A stretch of DNA of 41,614 nucleotides from assembly GCA_049433345.1 (NCBI GenBank), contig JBMTER010000002.1:1-41614 (forward strand). The letters are read 5' to 3'. This stretch comes from Gaiellales bacterium. Its GTDB lineage: Bacteria; Actinomycetota; Thermoleophilia; Gaiellales; F1-60-MAGs149. The position numbers and the translations under genes are program-made. Below the pieces are notes generated by a model. It worked only from the letters and a program-made list of their open reading frames with translations. It was not told where the DNA came from and made no database searches. How positions within the stretch are numbered: position 1 is the stretch's first letter; each line of letters opens with the position of its first letter. Below are positions 37,332-41,614 of the stretch, piece by piece.

Positions 37332-39542
37332 ATGCCGTTCGGATACGGCGTCGGCCCTCCGCGCATGACCGTGACCCCCGCCTCCCCATCCCGCGGCGCC
37401 CTCAGCGCGCTGACCGGCGCGATCGCCCGCCACCCGTGGCGCGCCATCGGCGTGTGGGTGCTCCTGATCGCCGCGATCATCGCGGGCGCCCAGACGCTCG
37501 GCGGCGAGCTGCAGAACAACTTCTCGATCCCCGATTCGGATGCGCAGCGCGCCGGCGATCTTCTCGAGGCCCGTTTCCCGGCGCGTGCCGGCGACTCCGC
37601 CACCATCGTCTTCAAGGCGCCCGATGGCCTCGCCGCTCCGGCGGCGAAGGAGGCCGTCGGCGCCGCGATCGCGGCGGCGCAGGGCGTGCCGCACATCGTG
37701 GCCGCGGGCGATCCGTACGCGGGGGAGAGCGGCCAGATCTCGCAGGACGGCACCGTCGGCTACGTCGACGTGCAGTTCGACCAGCAGGGCTGGACCCTGC
37801 CGGCCGGCACCATCGACCAGCTCAAGGACGACGTGCGTGGGGCCGTGGCCGGTAGCGGCGTCGACGTGGCCTTCACCGGCAACGCCGTGCAGGAGCCGCC
37901 CGAGCAGGGCGCGTCGGAGGCGCTCGGCCTGCTCGCCGCGGTGATCGTGCTGCTGATCGTGTTCGGGACGGTGGTGGCGGCGCTCCTGCCGATCGTGCTC
38001 GCGCTGCTCGCGGTCGGCCTCGGCATCGCCACGCTCACGCTGGCCGCCGGCTTCACGGACTTCAACACCATCACGCCGATCCTGGCCACCATGATCGGGC
38101 TCGGCGTCGGCATCGACTACTCGCTGTTCATCGTCACGCGCTTCCGGCAGGCGCTGCACGAGGGCGCGACCCCGGCCAAGGCGGCGGGCCTCGCCGCATC
38201 GACGGCGGGGCGCGCGGTCATCTTCGCCGGCACGACGGTGGCGATCTCGATCGTCGGCCTCGCCACCATCGGCCTCGACTTCATCACCAAGATGGGCATC
38301 GGCGCCTCGCTGACGGTGCTCACATCGGTGGCGGTCGCCGTCACGCTCCTGCCCGCGGTGCTGTCCCTGCTCGGTCGCCGCGTCGACCGCCTCAAGCTGC
38401 CGTTCGTCAGCGTCCCCGACGACACCCTCGCGGCCCAGAAGAACACCGCCGTGGCCCGCTGGGGTCGCTTCGTGACCGGGCGCCCGTGGCTGTTCCTGCT
38501 CCTGCCGCTCGCCGTGATGCTGCTCGCCGCCGTGCCCGTGCTCGGCATCCAGCTCGGCGCCGCCGACGCCGGCTCCGCCCCGAAGACCACGACGCAGCGC
38601 GTCGCCTACGACTGGCTCGCCGAGGGCTTCGGGCCGGGCTTCAACGGGCCGCTCCTGATCGCCGTCGACACGAAGGGCGACTCGGCCGCGGTCGAGCGCC
38701 TGCAGCAGGCCATCGCGTCGGCGGATGGCGTCGCGTTCGCGACGCCGCCGATCCCGAACGAGGCGGGCGACACCGCGATCATCACCGCCTATGCGACCAG
38801 CGCGCCGCAGGACAAGGAGACCGCGGAGCTCGTCGAGCGCCTGCGCGCCGACGTCATCCCCGAGGCCGTCGCCGGCACGGGAGCCGTCGCCTACGTCGGC
38901 GGCGCCACCGCGGCGTTCGAGGACATCTCCGCCCGCATCTTCTCCCGCATCCCCTGGTTCCTCCTGTTCGTCGTCGGCATCACCTTCCTGATCCTGACGA
39001 TGGCCTTCCGCAGCGTCGTGGTCGCGATCAAGGCGGCGCTGACGACGATCCTGTCGTGCGCGGCCAGCTTCGGCATCCTCACCCTCGTCTTCCAGCAGGG
39101 CGTCGGCATGGGCCTGATCGGCCTCGACCGCACGGGGCCGATCGAGTCGTTCCTGCCGGTGATCGTGTTCGCGCTCGTGTTCGGGCTCTCCATGGACTAC
39201 GAGGTCTTCCTCGTCAGCCGCATCCGCGAGGCGTTCGTCGGCGGTGACGCGCCGCGGCTCGCGATCACGGATGGGGTGGCCGCCATCGGCCGCGTGATCG
39301 TCGCGGCCGCGATCATCATGTCGGTCGTCTTCTTCGCCTTCCTGACGGGAGTCGACCGCACGATCAAGGAGTTCGGTCTCGCGCTCGGGCTCGCGATCGC
39401 GCTCGACGCCTTCGTCGTCCGCCTCACGCTCGTACCCGCGCTGATGCACCTGCTCGACCAGCGGGCCTGGTGGATCCCGCGCTGGTTCGACCGCATCCTG
39501 CCGCGCCTCACGATCGAGGCGCCGGAAAAGCGCGCCGACTGA
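37332..39542 (+). CDS. MMPL-family (RND superfamily) transporter
   Basis: The 736-aa product has two 6-TM bundles with soluble loops and the repeated GxGIDYSLF / GLSMDYEVFLVSRIRE motif. An alternative start lies at 37365. Confidence 0.9.
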   Translation: MPFGYGVGPPRMTVTPASPSRGALSALTGAIARHPWRAIGVWVLLIAAIIAGAQTLGGELQNNFSIPDSDAQRAGDLLEARFPARAGDSATIVFKAPDGLAAPAAKEAVGAAIAAAQGVPHIVAAGDPYAGESGQISQDGTVGYVDVQFDQQGWTLPAGTIDQLKDDVRGAVAGSGVDVAFTGNAVQEPPEQGASEALGLLAAVIVLLIVFGTVVAALLPIVLALLAVGLGIATLTLAAGFTDFNTITPILATMIGLGVGIDYSLFIVTRFRQALHEGATPAKAAGLAASTAGRAVIFAGTTVAISIVGLATIGLDFITKMGIGASLTVLTSVAVAVTLLPAVLSLLGRRVDRLKLPFVSVPDDTLAAQKNTAVARWGRFVTGRPWLFLLLPLAVMLLAAVPVLGIQLGAADAGSAPKTTTQRVAYDWLAEGFGPGFNGPLLIAVDTKGDSAAVERLQQAIASADGVAFATPPIPNEAGDTAIITAYATSAPQDKETAELVERLRADVIPEAVAGTGAVAYVGGATAAFEDISARIFSRIPWFLLFVVGITFLILTMAFRSVVVAIKAALTTILSCAASFGILTLVFQQGVGMGLIGLDRTGPIESFLPVIVFALVFGLSMDYEVFLVSRIREAFVGGDAPRLAITDGVAAIGRVIVAAAIIMSVVFFAFLTGVDRTIKEFGLALGLAIALDAFVVRLTLVPALMHLLDQRAWWIPRWFDRILPRLTIEAPEKRAD

Positions 39543-39548
39543 TCCGGC

Positions 39549-40481
39549 TCAGTGGCCGGCGGGGGCGTCCGCCTGCCGGTTCTTGCGCACTGATGCGATG
39601 ATGCCCGAGGCGAGGATCAGCAGCACGACCGCCAGGCTGATCGGCGCCGGCATGTGGAACCAGTGGCTGATGATCATCTTGAAGCCGACCCAGCCGAGCA
39701 CGATCGCGAGCGTCGGCTGCAGGTAGACGAAGCGCTCGAGCGATGTCGCGATCGCGAAGTAGAGCGTGCGCAGGCCGAGCAGTGCGAAGGCGTTGGCGGC
39801 GAGCACGATGAACGGGTCCTTCGTGACGGCGTAGATCGCGGGCACCGAGTCGACCGCGAACATCAGGTCGAAGAAGGCGAGCGCGAGCAGCGCGATGAAG
39901 AGCGGCGTGACGTAGCGCCTGCCGTCCTGCACGATGGTCATCGTCTGGCCGTGGTAGCCGTCGGTGACGGGGAAGACGCGCCGCAGCGTCGTGAGGATGC
40001 GGCTGTCCTCGGGATGTTCGGTGGTGTCCGTATGGCGGGCCATGCGGATCCCGGTGACGATCAGGAACACCCCGAACACGAACGTCATCCACCAGAACTG
40101 GTTCAACAGCGCGCCGCCGATCGCGATCAGGATGCCGCGCAGCCCGATCGCGATGATCACGCCCCAGAAGAGCGCCCGGTAGCGCAGCTCGGGCGGGACG
40201 GCGAGTGCGGCGAACAGGATCGCGAAGACGGCGACGTTGTCGACCGACAGGCTGTACTCGATCAGGTAGCCGGTGAAGAACTCGGTGCCGACGGTCGGGC
40301 CGAGCATGATCCAGATCGCCACGCCGAACAGCAGGCCGAGGCTGGCCCAGATGCCCGTCCAGATGAAGGCGTCGCGGGGCGGGATCGGCTCGTTCGCCTT
40401 GTGGAAGACGAACAGGTCGAGCACGAGCGCCGTGATCACGACGATCGGCAGCGCGATCCAGAGGACGTCGTGGGCGCTCAT
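39549..40481 (-). CDS. TerC-family integral membrane protein
   Basis: The product is 310 aa from MSAHDVLW. It has EYSLSVDNVAVF and FAVDSVPAI, the TerC signature pair. Confidence 0.85.
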   Translation of the reverse strand: MSAHDVLWIALPIVVITALVLDLFVFHKANEPIPPRDAFIWTGIWASLGLLFGVAIWIMLGPTVGTEFFTGYLIEYSLSVDNVAVFAILFAALAVPPELRYRALFWGVIIAIGLRGILIAIGGALLNQFWWMTFVFGVFLIVTGIRMARHTDTTEHPEDSRILTTLRRVFPVTDGYHGQTMTIVQDGRRYVTPLFIALLALAFFDLMFAVDSVPAIYAVTKDPFIVLAANAFALLGLRTLYFAIATSLERFVYLQPTLAIVLGWVGFKMIISHWFHMPAPISLAVVLLILASGIIASVRKNRQADAPAGH

Positions 40482-40521
40482 CGGCGGGCATCCTCGCAGG
40501 TCGCGTCGACGGCGGATGCGG

Positions 40522-40845
40522 CTAGATGGCGTCGGATGCGTGCTCCTGGCGGCTGCAGTGGATCGAGCCGAGGATGCCGATCGTCGGGATCGCGATGACC
40601 GCCGCCGGGCTCGTCCCGGTCGGGGCGGCGGCGAGGTACTGCGTCCCGGCGATCGCACTCGTCGCGATCGCGGCGCCGGCGCCGACGGCGACCGTCGGCA
40701 CCGGCCGGATCCTGGGCCGGCCCGACGACTCTCGCGACGGGATCTCCTCGCCGTCGCCGTGGAACGCGAAGCGGTGGAGGGCCAGCGCGATGGTGCCGGC
40801 CGGCGTGGTGGGGACGGTGGCATCCACGGGCGCGGATGGTGCCAC
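40522..40845 (-). CDS. hypothetical protein (Ala/Gly/Pro-rich, hydrophobic C-terminal half)
   Basis: The 107-aa ORF starts at GTG. By hand count, over 90% of third codon positions are G/C. No recognisable family. It is in the same frame as the upstream 91-aa ORF. Confidence 0.45.
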   Translation of the reverse strand: MAPSAPVDATVPTTPAGTIALALHRFAFHGDGEEIPSRESSGRPRIRPVPTVAVGAGAAIATSAIAGTQYLAAAPTGTSPAAVIAIPTIGILGSIHCSRQEHASDAI

Positions 40846-40890
40846 GACGGCCCCCGCGCCGTCCTTGCCGGGATCCGGAAGGGCGCCGGG

Positions 40891-41166
40891 CTACTTGAGG
40901 CCCTGGCGCGCTTCGCGCACCAGCGCCACGCACTCGGGGTAGATCACCGTGATCGCCGAACGCAGCTGGGCGGCCTGCTCCTCCGGCGTGCCCGTCGGCG
41001 TGATCCGCTGGACGGCCGCGGTCGTCATCTGCACCGCCAGATGGATCGCGTTGTCGGCGAAGGCGACGCTCTGGCTCTCCTGCGCCTGCTCCGCGAACTG
41101 GCGCATCGCGTTCTGGAGCTCGTCCGGGTCGAACATGCCGCCGAAGCCGAAGGGGTTCTCTGCCAT
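40891..41166 (-). CDS. hypothetical protein (91 aa, helical, no family recognised)
   Basis: The ORF starts at ATG, 9 nt after the cyclophilin stop, and has high GC3. The sequence MAENPFGFGGMFDPDELQNAMRQFAEQ... has no motif I can place. Confidence 0.5.
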   Translation of the reverse strand: MAENPFGFGGMFDPDELQNAMRQFAEQAQESQSVAFADNAIHLAVQMTTAAVQRITPTGTPEEQAAQLRSAITVIYPECVALVREARQGLK

Positions 41167-41175
41167 GGACGGATC

Positions 41176-41614
41176 CTACTCGCCCTCGGCGAGGCGCGCC
41201 GTCCAGATCCAGACGGGCTCGACCGGCGGACCGTCATCGATGCCGAGCGCGTCGATCCGGCGCAGCGTGGCGCTCGACTCCTCGTCGACGACGTGTCCGA
41301 CGACGGCGTAGAGCGGCTGCAGCTGGGCGGCACCGGACTCCGTCGACACGATGAAGAACTGCGAGCCCGCCGTACCGGCCGGCTCGTTGCCGGCTTTGGC
41401 CATGGCGACGTCGCCGTTGCGGTACGAGTAGTCGCCAGGTGGCGGCGACTCGACGGTGAACCCCGGCCCGCCGGCTCCCGTGCCGTCCGGGTCGCCGCCC
41501 TGGATCACGAAGCTCGGGACGACGCGGTGCATGGTCAGGCCGTCGTAGAAGCCGGCGCGGGCGAGCGCGGCGAAGGCGTCGGTGGCGTCGCCGCCGCGTT
41601 CCGGGTCGAGGGGG
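41176..41614 (-). CDS. peptidyl-prolyl cis-trans isomerase, cyclophilin type (5' end outside window)
   Basis: The sequence [22 protein letters not shown]...GDVAMAKAG...GSQFFIV is present. The frame stays open to the window edge. Confidence 0.85.
   Translation of the reverse strand, partial: PLDPERGGDATDAFAALARAGFYDGLTMHRVVPSFVIQGGDPDGTGAGGPGFTVESPPPGDYSYRNGDVAMAKAGNEPAGTAGSQFFIVSTESGAAQLQPLYAVVGHVVDEESSATLRRIDALGIDDGPPVEPVWIWTARLAEGE

Noticed and set aside
40482-40890. I looked for a yybP-ykoY manganese riboswitch upstream of terC.
   Set aside because: I found no GGGGAGUAG-type core or the paired conserved bulges on the minus strand. Most of the space is occupied by a high-GC3 ORF, which leaves only a 40-nt spacer before terC.

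Overview
This is a very high-G+C chromosomal segment (over 70% by eye). Gene content, frequent GTG starts and 1-4 nt start/stop overlaps point to an Actinomycetota-type genome, which is an inference. I call about 44 protein genes. I saw no rRNA, tRNA, CRISPR array, transposase, integrase or phage gene. The core (12360-26728) is a complete, translationally coupled 14-gene NADH:quinone oxidoreductase operon, nuoA-N. Upstream and divergent from it lies a compact minus-strand operon: HesB/IscA Fe-S carrier, S4-domain protein, M20 peptidase and DtxR-family metalloregulator. Further upstream are transketolase, rarA, an AhpE-like peroxiredoxin, a beta-carbonic anhydrase, a GntR regulator and a KhtT/KhtU-like antiporter pair. 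Downstream are Mrp/ApbC, DUF1015, a YhaM-like OB/HD protein, nadE, MBL hydrolases, katG, a C26 amidotransferase, an MMPL transporter, terC, two small unknown ORFs and a partial cyclophilin. I found no convincing novel multi-gene system; this is mostly housekeeping DNA. The points worth a second look are: (1) broken or ambiguous reading frames in nuoD, rarA and the 3' end of the DtxR-like gene; (2) three long G:C homopolymer tracts (G15, C10, C9), two of them inside coding sequence; (3) a sharp codon-usage switch inside nadE at its domain boundary; (4) two small ORFs upstream of terC separated only by an in-frame TAG; (5) an IscA-type protein with a Cys-rich tail. Start codons were assigned by hand and can be off by one alternative start.
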